Below, piece by piece: positions 33,812-47,284 of a DNA stretch of 64,000 bases. The stretch's first letter is position 1. Every line of letters begins with the position of its first letter. Source of the stretch: Squalus acanthias (lineage: Eukaryota); contig CM059432.1 in the NCBI GenBank assembly GCA_030390025.1, forward strand, positions 22,632,001 through 22,696,000, given 5' to 3'. Both the position numbers and the translations under genes were made by a program. The notes under the pieces were generated by a model. That model had not been told where the DNA came from. It was given only the letters and a program-made list of their open reading frames with translations, and searched no databases.

Positions 33812-34737
33812 ATGGCAGGGGAGGCAGTGAAATGTTCCTCCTGCAGAATGTTTGAGGTGAGGGACGCCGTAGGTGTCCCTGCTGATTACACCTGTGGGAA
33901 GTGCACCCATCTCCAGCTCCTCGAAAACCGTGTTAGGGAACTGGAGCTGGAGCTGGATGAACTTCGGATCATTCGGGAGGCAGAGGAGGTCATAGATAGA
34001 AGCTTCAGGGATGTAATTACTCCAAAGCATGAAGATAGATGGGTGACGGTGAGAGGGGCTAGGAGGAAGCAGTCAGTGCAGGGATCCTCTGTGGTCGTTC
34101 CCCTCAGTAACAGGTATACCGCTTTGAATACTGTTGAGTGGGACGACTTACCAGTGGTAAGCCATGGTGACCGGATCTCCGGCGCTGGGTCCGTCCCTGT
34201 GGCTCAGAAGGGAAGGGGGGAGAGCAGGAGAGCAATAGTTATTGGGGACTCAATAGTCAGAGGGACAGATAGGAGGTTCTGTGGCAGCAAAAGAGACTCA
34301 CGGATGGTATGTTGCCTCCCGGGTGCCAGGGTCCGTGACGTCTCGGACCGTGTTTTCAGAATCCTCAAAGGGGAGGGGAACAATCGCAAGTCGTGGTACT
34401 CCTCGGTACCAACGACATAGGTAGGAGAAGGGACGGGGATTTAAAACAGGAATTTAGGGAGCTAGGTTGGAAGCTGAGAGCCAGTACAAACCATGTTGTA
34501 ATTTCTGGTTTGTTGCCGGTGCCACGTGCTAGCGAGTTGAGGAACAGGGAGAGAGTGCAGATAAACACGTGGCTGCAGGGATGGTGCAGCGGGGAGGGTT
34601 TCAGTTATGTGGATAATTGGAGCACATTCTGGGGAAGGTGGGACCTGTACAAACAGGACGGTTTGCACCTGAACCAGAGGGGCACCAATATCCTGGGAGG
34701 GAAATTTGCTACGGCTCTTCGGGGGGGTTTAAACTAA
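33812..34737 (+). pseudogene. CR1 ORF1 (zinc finger + SGNH esterase), one frameshift near 34375
   Basis: ORFs 33812-34420 and 34393-34737 are consecutive halves (GDS; then GTND, DGLH). Confidence 0.9.
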
Positions 34738-37621
34738 TTTGTCAGGGGGATGGGAAAAAGGGCTGTAGTCCAGGAGCCAGTGGTGAGTGTAGGGAGGTAC
34801 TGAGGAGGGTATCAAGGTCGCAGGAATGTACCGGCAGACAGGAAGATGGCTTGAAGTGTGTCTACTTCAATGCAAGGAGCATCCGGAATAAGGTAGGAGA
34901 ACTTGGAGCGTGGATTGGTACTTGGGACTACGATGTGGTGGCCATTACGGAGACATGGTTAGAACAGGGACAGGAATGGTTGTTGGAAGTTCCGGGGTAT
35001 AGATGTTTCTGTAAGAGTAGGGAAGTTGGTAAGAAAGGTGGAGGAGTAGCATTGTTAATCAAGGATAGTTTAACAGCGGCAGAAAGGCAGTTCGAGGGGG
35101 ATCTGCCGTCTGAGGTAATATGGGCTGAAGTTAGAAATAGGAAAGGAGCGGTCACGTTGTTAGGAGTTTTCTACAGGCCCCCAAATAGTAATAGAGATGT
35201 GGAGGAAGAAATTGCAAAGCAGATTATGAATAGGTGTGGAGGTCACAGAGTAGTTGTCATGGGTGACTTCAACTTTCCAAATATTGATTGGAACCTTTAT
35301 AGGTCAAACAGTTCGGATGGGATAGTTTTTGCACAGTGTGTGCAGGACGGTTTCCTGACACAATATGTGGATAGGCCGACAAGAGCTGGGGCCACGTTGG
35401 ATTTGGTACTGGGTAATGAATCGGGCCAAGTGTTTGATTTGTATGTGGGAGAGCACTTTGGAGATAGTGACCACAATTCGGTAACTTTCACTATTGCAAT
35501 GGAGAGAGATAGGGCCATACGGCAGGGCAGGGTTTATAATTGGGGGAGGGGTAATTATGATGCGATTAGGCAAGAATTAGGGAGTATAAGATGGGAACAG
35601 AAACTATCAGGGAAAGGCACAAACGAAAAGTGGAGCTTTTTCATGGAGCAATTACTGCGTGTCCTTGATAGGTATGTCCCTGTCAGGCAGGGAGGAAATG
35701 GCTGAGTGAGAGAACCATGGTTCACAAAAGAGGTTGAATGTCTAGTCAAGAGGAAAAAGGAAGCGTATGTAAGGATGAGAAAACAAGGTTCAGTTGGGTC
35801 GATTGAGGGGTACAAGGTAGCAAGGAATGAGCTAAAAAAAGAGCTTAGGAGAGCTAGGAGGGGGCATGAGAAGTCCTTGGCGGGTCGGATCAAGAAAAAC
35901 CCCAAGGCCTTTTACTCTTATGTGAGAAATAAAAGAATGACCAGGGTGAGGGTAGGGCCGGTCAAGGACAGTAGTGGGAACTTGTGCATGGAGTCAGAAG
36001 AGATAGGAGAGGTGATGAATGAATACTTTTTGTCAGTGTTCACCGAGGAGAGGGGCCATGTTCTTGAGGATGAGAGTGTGATAAAGGTGGATAGGCTGGA
36101 GGTGGTAGATGTTCTGAGGGAAGATGTTTTAGCAATTTTGAAGAACCTGAGGGTCGATAAGTCCCCTGGGCCAGATGGGATATATCCTAGGATTCTTTGG
36201 GAGGCAAGGGAGGAGATTGCAGAGCCTCTGGCTTTGATCTTTGGGTCCTCACTGTCCACGGGAATGGTGCCAGAGGACTGGAGAGTGGTGAATGTTGTTC
36301 CTCTCTTCAAGAAAGGAAATAGGAATGACCCTGGTAATTATAGGCCGGTTAGTCTTACTTCGGTGGTTGGTAAGATAATGGAAAAGGTCCTGAGGGATAG
36401 GATTTATGACCATTTGGAAAGGGGCAACTTAATCAGGGATAGTCAACACGGATTCGTGAAGGGTAAGTCTTGCCTAACAAATTTGATTGAATTCTTTGAG
36501 GAGGTAACTAAGTGTGTAGATGAAGGTAGAGCAGTTGATGTCGTATACATGGATTTTAGTAAGGCGTTTGATAAGGTTCCCCATGGTCGGCTCATGAAGA
36601 AAGTAAGGAGTTGTGGGATAGAGGGAAATTTGGCCGATTGGATAAGTAACTGGCTATCTCATAGAAGGCAGAGGGTGGTGGTGGATGGAACATTTTCGGA
36701 CTGGAGACCAGTTACCAGCGGTGTGCCACAGGGGTCGGTGCTGGGTCCTCTGCTGTTTGTGATTTTTATCAATGACTTGGAGGAGGGGACTGAAGGGTGG
36801 ATCAGTAAATTTGCTGATGACACCAAGATTGGTGGAGCAGTGGATGAGGTGGAGGGCTGTTGTAGGCTGCAAAGAGACATTGATAGGATGCAGAGCTGGG
36901 CTGAAAAATGGCAGATGGAATTTAACCATTAAGTGCGAGGTGATTCATTTTGGTAGGGCAAATTTGAATAAGGATTACAGGGTCAACGGCAGGGTTCTGA
37001 GGAACGTGGAGGAGCAGAGGGATCTGGGGGTTCATATCCACAGATCTCCGAAGGTTGCCACTCAAGTGGATAGAGCAGTAAAGAAGGCCTATGGTGTGTT
37101 GGCGTTTATTAACAGAGGGTTTGAGTTTAAGAACCGTGAGGTTATGCTGCAACTGTACAGGACCTTGGTGAGACCACATTTGGAATATTGTGTGCAGTTC
37201 TGGTCACCTCACTATAGGAAGGACGTGGAAGCATTGGAAAGAGTGCAAAGGAGATTTACCAGGATGCTGCCTGGTTTGGGGGGGAGGTCTTATGAGGAAA
37301 GATTGAGGGAGTTGAGGCTTTTCTCTTTAGATGAGAGGCGACTTAATAGAGGTTTATAAGATGATGAGGGGGATAGATAGAGTGGATGTTCAGAGACTAT
37401 TTCCTCGGGTAGAGGCAGCTGTTACAAGGGGGCATAACTATAAGGTGCATGGGGGGAGATATAGAAGGGATGTCCGAGGTAGATTCTTTACTCAGAGAGT
37501 GGTTGGGGTGTGGAATGGACTGCCTGGTGTGATAGTGGAGTCGGACACTTTAGGAACTTTCAAGCGGTTATTGGATAAGCACATGGAGCACACCAGAGTG
37601 ATAGGGAGTGTGATAGCTTGA
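34728..37621 (+). pseudogene. CR1 ORF2 (APE-RT), disrupted
   Basis: Stop at 35703-35705; frame breaks near 36930 and 37335; FNARS, GDFN, SDH, FADD. Confidence 0.92.
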
Positions 37622-38499
37622 TCTTGGTCTCGGACAATGCTCGGCACAACATCGAGGGCCGAAGGGCCTGTACTGTGCTGTACTGTTGTATGTTCTATGT
37701 TCTATCACTGAACCTTTTCCTGCATTGGACCCAGGTGCGTCTATACTCAGACCTGGCACTGACCTCCTCAGCTATTCGCAGCCAGGCTGCCTTTGTCTGC
37801 TGAGGAGGTTTCCTTCTTCCATCAGACGGGTATAGGACCTCCCGACGTCCTCTGACTCCCTCCACAAGAAGGGAGGGAGTCAGAGGACGTCTAGATTTCC
37901 CTGGAGTGGAACTTGAACCCACAACCTTCTGACTCAGAGATGAGTGTGTCAAAGGCATCTAAACAGGTGCAGCAGGGAAGTGAGCAGGCTGTCTCCACAT
38001 CTGCTGAAGCCACAGGGGTAGCACAATGTAGAAGCATGCGTAAGAGAAAGCTGACACATAAATGATCACAAGGGTACTCACTTGGATGTTCTGATAGAAT
38101 TCAATGTTAAGTTTCTGTTCTTTTATTATGTTGGAATAAATTAATCTTGTATGAACATTTGCCATCATTGCCATTAGTGTGATCCAAATTTGAGGTGGCA
38201 CAGTGAAGGGTGAGGGCGCCTTTTATGTCCAGCAATGCAGGTGACAGTGGATATAGAGTTAACAACAGACACTTACAGCCTCAAGACTGTCCCAAATCGT
38301 GAAATCAGCAACCTCTGATATTTGAAATTGGGCAGATTTGAGAGTGCAGCTTTTAGACTGCAGCTGCAGTTGTGAAGTTTCCAGCTTGTTGGTCTTCCTA
38401 ACACACTTATCTGGCCTGATCTCCGAACGTCGTAAAACCTGAATCAAATGTTGGAAAATTGCAAAAGGCTCTCAAAATAGCAGTTAACAAGCACTTAAC

Positions 38500-38690
38500 A
38501 AGGAGTTAAGTGTCTGAGGTCCCTTACCCGCTGCTTGGTGTTGGGTCTTTTGTGAAATCACAGACCCGACACTCTTGAAACTCACACGGAGGCGGGTTCG
38601 CGGCAGGTTTCCGACCCGCTGTCAATCATTGCTACTTTAACACCTGACGCGCCTCTGAACCCGCCCTCTGAGCGCCGACAAAATTGCGGC
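38500..38690. mobile_element. Terminal fragment of the Harbinger MITE family seen at 14701-15568
   Basis: Ends CCGACAAAATTGCGGCC; colinear with 15370-15568. Confidence 0.65.
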
Positions 38691-38819
38691 CAACAGGGCA
38701 GTATCACTGGTTGAAATGGACTACAATTCAGAGGCCAGCAGCTTGCATAATTCAGATATTACCTTAGGTAGAAAGTGCAGCCTTCTCACACACTGCTTTC
38801 CAATCCAATAAAGACAACA

Positions 38820-39815
38820 AAAATGACAATAACTTGTATTTATATAGTGCCTTTCAGGGTGAAAAACATCTATATGTGCTTCAGAGGGACGACATTTTTT
38901 AAAAATGGAAACCTAGCAAAGGAAGTAGATATTAAGAGGAATCACTATCAGTCATTACTAAATCTCTGTAACGTATAGCAGTGGATGTCCCATGGCATTG
39001 CTCATGATGAGTCCAAGGATACGCTGCTTCCTTTATCTAGGTAATCAACATTTTGTTTGGTCAAAGATTGGATTTTTAGGAGGGTTGCAAGAGAAGAGAG
39101 GGAGGTGCAGAGCTCTTGGGTTAAGGGATTGAATTTCAGAGTGTGGGGCCTGGGCAGATGAAGACATGGCCACCAATGATGGAGCGAAGAGGTGGGGTGT
39201 GGGGGTGGGGGGGGGGGGGTGGGTGCACGAGCACAAAGTCAGAGGAATGGCGAGTTTGAGGGGGAAGAGCTGTAGGAGGTTACTGAGATAGAGTGGGGCA
39301 AGGCCATGAATGGATTTAAAGGTGAGGGTGAGAATTTTAAATTTGAGGAGTTGGGAGACCAGGAGCCCATGTAGGTTAGTGGGGACAGGGGTGATGGGTG
39401 AGCAGGATGAGATGTGGGATAGTATATGGGCAGCAGAGTTTGGAATGAGTTGAAAATTATGAAGGATGGAAGATGGAAGGCCTACCAAGAGAGCACTGGA
39501 ATAGTCAAGTCTGGAGGTGACAAAGACATGGATGAGGGTTTTAGCAATAGATGGGCTGAGGTAGAGGCCGTGCAATGTTATGGAGGTGCAATTAGGCTGT
39601 CTTTGTGATGGAGAGGATATGGGGTCAGAAGCTCAGATTGGGGTCAAATGGAATGCTCAGGTAGAGAATAGTCTGGTTCCATGGCCAGGGGGAGGGTGGA
39701 ATCAGTGGCAAGAGTACAAAGTTCATGGCAGAGGCCAAAGAAGATGGCTTCATTCTTCCCAATGTTTAGCAGGAGGAAATTGCGGATCATCCAAGACTGG
39801 ATGTTGGACAAGATG
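38820..39815 (-). mobile_element. L2-clade LINE 3' fragment, degenerate
   Basis: LSPSIAKTLIHVFVTSRLDYSSALLVGLP is a typical L2 RT C-terminal motif; tail TATATAAATACAAGTT. Confidence 0.82.
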
Positions 39816-41342
39816 CCTTGGTCCATACATTATCTTACGGAGTTATCTGTGCCCAGAAGGTAGACTCTATGATGCTAATTGCCCTGACTTCCAACCACTC
39901 CTCCTGATCTTCATCATCCTTTTCCTTGTAGCAGAGGAACAAGGGAATTCCAACTCAAAACTGTATAGTTCTTGACTATCTTCATTATTTTAAATCTGCC
40001 ACTACAGTATTCCTACTTTAATTTCCAGGAAACTTTTTCTAAAGTTCAATTGCCTAGAAAATACATACTTGCAGCTCTTCAAAATTCATAATCTCCTCCT
40101 GCCCCTGGTAAACAGTACTGAAATTTACAAGGGCACATTGATCATGGTGTTATTCCCTGAGAACAGGAAAGGGACGGTCCTGAATTAAAATAGAGCAATG
40201 ACGGAAGCCAACATTCACATGTGGTGGGGCAGAAAATAAATGGGCAACAACGGAGGGGGGCCTTTTCCTTTATCATAGACTGATAGAATTGTACAGAACA
40301 AAAGAAGGCCATTTGACTCATTGTATGTATGCTGGCTCTCTGGAAGAACTATCTTCTTGGTTCCATTCCCTTGCCCTTTCCCCATTCTCTTTTTAAGTTT
40401 TAGATTTCCAAGTATTTATCCATTCACACAAGGTGGAATGCAGGCTGGGCATGCAGGTGTCAGTCTCGTTGATCTAAATGCCGAAAGCATATTTTCTCTT
40501 CATAAAGGTGAATAGCTACACCCAAACAGAGGGAGAGGAAGTGGATTGCTAGTTGACCTGCCAACCTGCGATTCCTGAATTGCCATGAGGAGGTGGCTCT
40601 TTAAGCAATAAGAATCAAAGCAATAGAGAGCGTGGGAGAGCATGAAATTGGCTGGCGGTGGTAGCACAACATTGCAAATATCCTGTTACATTTCTTCTTG
40701 ATTCCCCCATCAAATTCAGTAGCAGCAGCATGGGACTCAATGTATTGCCATGGGCATTATGTGCTCAAACGTTTCATGCAGGTACCATGGTAACATAGGT
40801 TTCTTATTTCTTGATGTAAGACTTCCTGCGATGATGTACCTGCCAGCAGAGATGAGCAAGGAGCTGGGCCATCTTAAAGGTATTCGCCACACACACTCCT
40901 GAGCACTCTTGCATCAGCTTAGATAAGGGAATCAGATAGAGACAGTCAGGAGGGAGCACCTAGTGAAGTACACAGCATGTGAGGAGGAGCAGATGGAGCT
41001 GGCAGCAAACAACAGGAACAATCAGAATGGATGGCTTAGCCTAAACCTCCCTTTGCTGCAATGCTTACCTTATGGGATCTGCCTATAGAGTGATGCCCAT
41101 TAATAAGGAAAAGCATTTCATGCAGTCCTTTCATTGAGAGACTTCAGAGCTCCCTGCATGGTACGTTGGAGAGTCAGCAGCAGTACAGCTGCAACACAAT
41201 TTTCATTAATGTGAGAAGCTTGAAAGCCATCATGGAAACAGTAGCAACTTCATTGTTATATGAAGGTACGCCCTGAGGTTTGAGTAACACAGTTTCAAAG
41301 TAACGCAGTTTCCCTCATGAATACTATGATTGCAGATACAGA

Positions 41343-41878
41343 GACATAGAAACATAGAAACATGGAAGATAGGAGCAGGAGCAGGCCATTCAGCCCCTCG
41401 AGCCTGCTCCGCCATTCAATGAGATCATGGCTGATCATCCAAATTCAGTACCCTGTCCCTGCCTTCTCCCCATATCCCTTGATCCCTTTAGCTTTAAGAA
41501 ATATATCTAACTCCTTCTTGAATCTATTTAATGAATTGGCCTCTACTGCCTTCTGTGGTAGAGAATTCCACAGGTTCACCACTCTCTGGGTGAAGAAATT
41601 CCTACTCATCTCAGTCCTAAATGGCTTACCCCTTATCCTTAGACTGTGACCCCTGGTTCTGGATTCCCTGGCAATCGGGAACATCCTTCCTACATCTAAT
41701 CTGTCTAGTCCTGTTAGAATGTTATAAGTTTCAATGAGATCCCCTCTCATTCTTCTAAACTCCAGCGAGTATAAGCCCAATCGACCCAATCTCTCCTCAT
41801 ACGTCATTCCTGCCATCCCAGGTATCAGCCTGGTGAATCTTCGCTGCACTCCCTCCATGGCAAGAACATCCTTCCTCC
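41343..41878 (-). mobile_element. 5'-truncated CR1 (3' end)
   Basis: ORF 41445-41858 MEGVQRRFTRL...GEKAGTGY; tail. Confidence 0.93.
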
Positions 41879-43125
41879 AATTTATAGGAGACTCTCATTT
41901 CTGGCTTGAAGAGGCTAGGGAGGTCAGCTTGGGAGAACCTTGATGTTGAGCTTTGCCCTCCTAAGTAGTGGTCCAGGGTCTGTTCCCTCACAGATCCCTG
42001 GTCACTGTAAGGAATATTCATCATCCACAACATGCAAAGAGGAAGCATGGATGAGCTGCCTCTCAGGGTATTGTTGTGTGCCCAATCCAGCCGAAGCCTT
42101 GAAGAAGTGGCAGGTAGACAAGAGCTGTAGTGGGGATTCTTGATCCCCCAGGAGCCAACAGTCAAGCCTTTCTCTTTCAAATAATGGTGAGGTGGCAGTC
42201 TGTCAAAAAGTAAAAGTATCTTGATTGCTGCTAGGGCATCGTTCATTAATCTGCATTATTTTGTTCCTGCGGACCAACATCACCTGCACTTTTATGGAAA
42301 GCTTTTCTTATTTATATATGCCATTGGGTTGTTGATAGGACCCCTAATGCCATCAATAAGTGCTTTCACTTTGTAAAGTCTGCCTCCTGGTAAAAGTGCT
42401 AACCCTCTCAAGCTGGTGCCTCCTTTCTATGGAGAAGACTCAGCTTCTGGGATGAAGCCATGTGGAACTCAAACACCTCAGGAGGGTGAAAATTGTCTTC
42501 AGTGATATCGAATCGGCAGCCCGTGTTACACTTTTGCTTGGAAAATAAAATCTGGTGCAGTGTAAAGGGTGCTGCCGATTCGTTATCGTCCATTTCGCAC
42601 CTTCACTAAAGACCAATTTCACTCCCCTGAGGTGCAATTACATCTGACTTTGTTCCCTTGGTCTGAACTTCTTTTCCTCTACCAAATCCAGCACTCACAT
42701 TGAAGGTGCCAGAGGTGTTAAAGGGGCAGGTTGAGATGGGACCCGATGAGGAGGGCCACTCCGCTGCTGCTGTGGTTAAAGCAGGGGTTGTAAATGGGGA
42801 GAAGACTGTCACTGTCTGTGGGTCAAATTTTGGGGAGACCCCAAAAAGATGTCAATAAACTTACGCTAAGATGAAGAATGGATATAGTCAGCCTTATTCG
42901 CAAGGGGTCAGACAGTTTGAAGAGTGATCTGTAGTAAATGTGGAGCAGGTTCCTCTCACGCTGAAAATGGACCACTTCTCTGGTGAACACCTCCTGCAGT
43001 GAGACCGGGTGGTAAGTTGAAAATCTACCCCTTTGTCTATGCACATAATTCCATGCTGTCTCACTCAACATCCCAAATGTTGGTGACAAACGAAAGAGAT
43101 CATGTTCATTCATATATGACATATC

Positions 43126-43278
43126 TAGACACAAAAAGCATCAAGGGGTATGGGGAGAGAGCGGGAATATGGTATTGAGATAGAGGATCAGCCATGATCA
43201 TATTGAATGGCGGAGCAGGCTCGAAGGGCCGAACGGCCTACTCCTGCTCCTATTTTTCTATGTATCTATGTTTCTATG
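43126..43278 (+). mobile_element. Short CR1 3' end
   Basis: GATCAGCCATGATC...GGCCTACTCCTGCTCC followed by a (TCTATGT)n tail. Confidence 0.88.
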
Positions 43279-43289
43279 ACAGTGACTAT

Positions 43290-43766
43290 GGCCGTCAGCC
43301 AGTGGCTCAGTTGGTAGCACCCTCATCTCTGATTCAGAAGGTTTTGGGTTCAAGTGCCACTCCACAGACTTGAGCACAAAAATCTCAGCTGATACTCCAG
43401 TACAGTACTGAGGGGGTGCTGCACTGTCAGAGGTGCTGTCTTTTGGATGAGCCGTCAAACCGATGCCCCGTCTGCTCTCTCAGGTGGATGTAAAAGATCC
43501 CATGGCACTATTTCGAAGAAGAGCAGGGGAGTTATCCCCGGTGTCCTGGCCAATATTTATCCCTCAATCAACATCACTAAAACAGATTATCTGGTCATTA
43601 TCACATTGCTGTTTGTGGGAGCTTGCTGTGCACACTGGCTGCCATATTTCCCACATTACAATCCGTGACTACACTTCAAAAGTAACTCATTGGCTGTAGA
43701 GTGCTTTGGGACATCCTGAGGTCATGAAAGGTGCTATATAAATGCAAGTCTTTTTTTTTTCTTTCT
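43290..43766 (+). mobile_element. Full-length Deu-domain SINE
   Basis: tRNA-like head TGGCTCAGTTGGTAG / GGGTTCAAGT, Deu core, L2-like tail. Confidence 0.85.
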
Positions 43767-45737
43767 TCGAACATAGTTGCTATGTCTTTTAGTTAATCCA
43801 GAGAAAAATATGTAACTAAGGGTACTAATCCGCTCATAAGGAAATATATTTTATGCTTGCCGCCAATTAATAAGAGGATAGATGTCAGAAAGAGGTGCTT
43901 TTATGGAAACAGAATGCACTAACAGACTATCCACCTGTATTTAGCGCTGCTCTGAGGATTTCTATCCCTCCAAAAAGGGATTAACAAACCTTTTTGCGAA
44001 AAGTGTGAGAAGAGCTATTTTTTGCTTGTTAAGAGCTTGTGAATGGGAGATTCTGCAATGAGGAACCTGTCCAGCATTCTGCAGCTGCACAGTCAAATCA
44101 GATGGTATTATGCTGGTTAAATGGCTCATTAACTTCTCTAGAAATATTAAAGGATCATTATTGCAGGTATATTATGATCGGCTGCTATTCATCATAATCA
44201 TTAAAAGAATCACACTCTCAAATTGCCTGTTCCAAAATCACGTGCGCCTGTAATTTTGTTAGTGTGTCATAACGTATGAGGAAAAACTTGCATTTTGCCT
44301 GTTTTCTGATTAATAGGGAAAATGTAGCTCAGGTTTATTCAACATATTTTTGGCATGTTGAAGGTGTGCATCCAATATCTCAGTAGGTCTGACAAGCGTT
44401 CCAGAATGAGAACTCTATAAAATGCTTGCAGTACCATATATATTGCACAATATCCATGATGGATTTCTCTAGAGGATTGACTATATCCCTTAGCTTTAGA
44501 GGCTCAAGAAGCTCAAGGACCTGCAGTAGCCAGAGTTATTGCAACCTTCAAGGTAGTTTGAACGTCTGTCACACCAGATTAAACAACCTTATACTGCTCT
44601 ATTATAGCAGTTTGCATGATGCCATGTATGTCTGTCATGGCAGTGTACATGGCTGTGTGTAGACATTTCTTGCCTCCTGTTGTTTCAGGAGCTCTGAAGG
44701 GAATAACAGACTATTGATGTTCCAGGTAACTGATGTATCTTTGATTTTCTTTCAAGTTCCTGCAGGCAGTGATGCTTTGATGTTCTTGTAAAGACTCCTA
44801 GGGCTAATTCCTCCTCCTGCTGTGTGATTGGAACATCTGGTCGAGCAGAAGTTGCAACTTGTGAGGTTTTTCTCAAGTGGCAGCGCATCCTGTGCTTATC
44901 GCAAATGATGATCTCTCTGCTGCTGTTATTGTGGGTGTTTGTGGTGTGTTGGTTGAGTCGCTCGAAAGTTCAGGTTCATTTCTATGGATTAGAAAAAAAA
45001 GATATAATATTATAAACTTCAAAAGAATTGATAACGTTTGTGATATTAATGGAGTATTGTGAAGGGTCTATTAATCATTATCTTACACATACTAGCACAA
45101 CGCCTGTGACATCGCACAGGGTGAGTCAGAGGTTTTGCTGTTTGCACGGGGTGTGGAGTGGAAGAGGGGTTCACATCTACACAAATATTTGGGAAGAAGT
45201 TTGTAAGCGATGAGCTCAGAAACACTGGGATGGATTTTAATCTTCACCACCTGCGCAGTAATCTGGGAGAGAGGATCATCACCCCATTATAGAACCTATC
45301 TGATTTTCATTCCAGTTGTTTCAAAGAATGAAGGTTGAGGGGTTTTATGATGGGTGGGCAATCTGTGCAGGTGGTGAAGGTGAAAATCCACCCCAGGGTT
45401 TCTTGATGTGCTCTGGAAAATAACTAATTTACCTTACTCACTGCGGTTCAATAAATTTGTTGTCCTCACATAAATCACTAAATAATCTCTACATGCAACA
45501 TGGGGCTTGTTAAATACCTCTCTATGAAGCTAGCACCCTTTTAAATGAATAGAATTACACAATCAGTTAACATGCCAATGAACTCCACAACTCCCTCTCC
45601 TCCATGTGCTTCAATGAGAACAGTGATTTTCCTGAGATCAAATGGAACAGGCTTCACATCCTTACTTTCTTCCCCTTTTCCAAATTCTCCACACCACTGA
45701 AACCTTTATGGCAGTCATCACAGTCCATTTCTTTTTC

Positions 45738-45870
45738 CCTCCCTAAACCTCTCCGCCTCTCTGCCCCTCTTTCCTCCTTTAAGGCACTCCTTAAAACCTA
45801 CCTCTTTGACCAAGCTTTTAGTCATCTGCCCTAATAGCTCCTTATGTGGCTCGGTGTCAAATTTTGTTTT
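45738..45870 (+). mobile_element. L2 3' fragment
   Basis: SSFKALLKTYLFDQAF, an L2 ORF2 C-terminus. Confidence 0.75.
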
Positions 45871-46156
45871 ACACATAGGATGTCATTTGTGACTTTGGTT
45901 AAGAGCCATTTCGGCACTGTGGCAGGGCGGAAACCTGATTGGAGAGATTCAAACATGGAGCTCTGGGGAAGATGGGCACGGATTTGGGAGGCGACAGCAT
46001 GTTCAAGGATTTTGGAGAGGAAAGGGAGGTTGGAGATGGGGCAGTAGTTTGCAAGGACTGGGGGGGTCAAGGGTTGTTTTTTTGAGGAGAGGTGTGATGA
46101 CAGCAGATTTTAAGGAGAGGGGGGACAGAGAACCGTTAACAATATCACCTAACATA

Positions 46157-47284
46157 CGTAAGCAGTTTTGATCCTAGCCCAATTGTTAGGCGGACGGTTC
46201 GAATCGCCCCCACCTTACGAAAGTTCTATACCCGGGAATTATTACTCAGAGTGTAAATGAAATAAGTCACGGACAGGAATGCTTCGGTGAAAAATCGTAC
46301 TTATATTTATTTGGTCTAACATGCACTGGCTAAAACATGCACTACTAAACGAAATCACTGTATCTGTGGAGAATAAGATCCAGGTTACAAACAACATACA
46401 TACAGTACACAACTGGGGACTATAACATGCAGTAATTCCCTTGTTACTATGGTGGACTCTAACTCCACCCCTACCAATGAATTACCCAGTCGCATAAGCC
46501 CCTTCGCCTGGCTGAACCAAACGAAGCTTCCACCCCGGAATAGCCCAAAAACTTCACTTCTGCGAAAATATCCGGCTTGGGACACTCGAGACCATGCTTA
46601 CCACCACACACAGTCGGTCTCGATCGCTCCACTCAGCGGCTTCTTCCTCTGGCTGCTTCTTCTTGTTAGGTCGATCTTGGTGGAGCGAGAGTGAGAGAGA
46701 GAGAGAATGGTGGAAAAGGATCTATCTTTATAGGAGTCTTGCTACCCCTATCTTTCCCGCCAATCTTTAAAATCCTTTTCTTTCTAAGCATTCCGGTGCT
46801 TTAGTCAGTAATGGGCCATCATCAGACCCCTGAGTATTCCGTGATTGGACTAATGGCCCTAAGTCTGGGACATATTTCGGTCTTTGTGTTGGGAAAAACT
46901 GGCTCCTCTTCGGCTGGCTAGGCTAGTGGGTTCATTGTTCTGCTTCTCTTCTGAGATGGAGGTGAGAAGTGCTTTTGCATATTAGAGTGGCTTTCTAATA
47001 GGTTCAAGTTCAACGGGTGCCTCAGGGTCCTCAGCCCCTTCGTCAATGCACCCCCCTTCCTTTTTCCAGGACTGTCGGGCGAACCCATACATTCTGGATG
47101 ACTGACAGTTCTTTTGTCACAGCCAACTGCCATGCGTTCTCTGGAGTTTTAACAAACCAGTTTTTCATGTATCTGCACAGGGCGATCCCATCACAGAGAA
47201 AATACCCTCAGAAAAATCCCATAAAGTCCACAAAATATTCTCGACGGAGTCCATTCTTCAAACAGAGACTTTGCGATCTCTTCA
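46157..47284 (-). mobile_element. Solo LTR (1128 bp)
   Basis: 4-bp TSD CATA (46153-46156, 47285-47288); minus-strand ends TGAAG...CTTACG (CA>CG); TATAAA near 46730 and AATAAA near 46308 on minus. Confidence 0.82.

Larger units (their letters stand above)
33230..37703 (+). mobile_element. Full-length CR1-clade LINE, copy C (divergent family, disabled)
   Basis: 76-bp monomer array, ORF1, ORF2, tail (TTCTATG)n; ATCAC duplicated at 33225-33229 and 37704-37708. Confidence 0.95.
31661..37870 (-). pseudogene. Relic Harbinger Myb/SANT gene interrupted by CR1 copy C
   Basis: Exon 1 ...RREVLYPSDGRRKPPQQTKAAWLRIAEEV...QCRKRFSD|LLHSGK|GTGAGT rejoins across the insertion; exon 2 ~32872-32712 (RERTGGGPP); exon 3 from ~32556. 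Confidence 0.8.

Noticed and set aside
30986..38690. One large Harbinger bounded by TIR-like ends at 30987 and 38690
   Set aside because: By comparison with 59032-60710, the 38690 end is the terminus opposite the Myb gene, and there is no TSD; more likely separate fragments
41880..43125. ORFs 41797-42246 and 42823-43134 as a host gene
   Set aside because: No recognisable domain; at most a faint resemblance to a decayed Harbinger transposase, too weak to call
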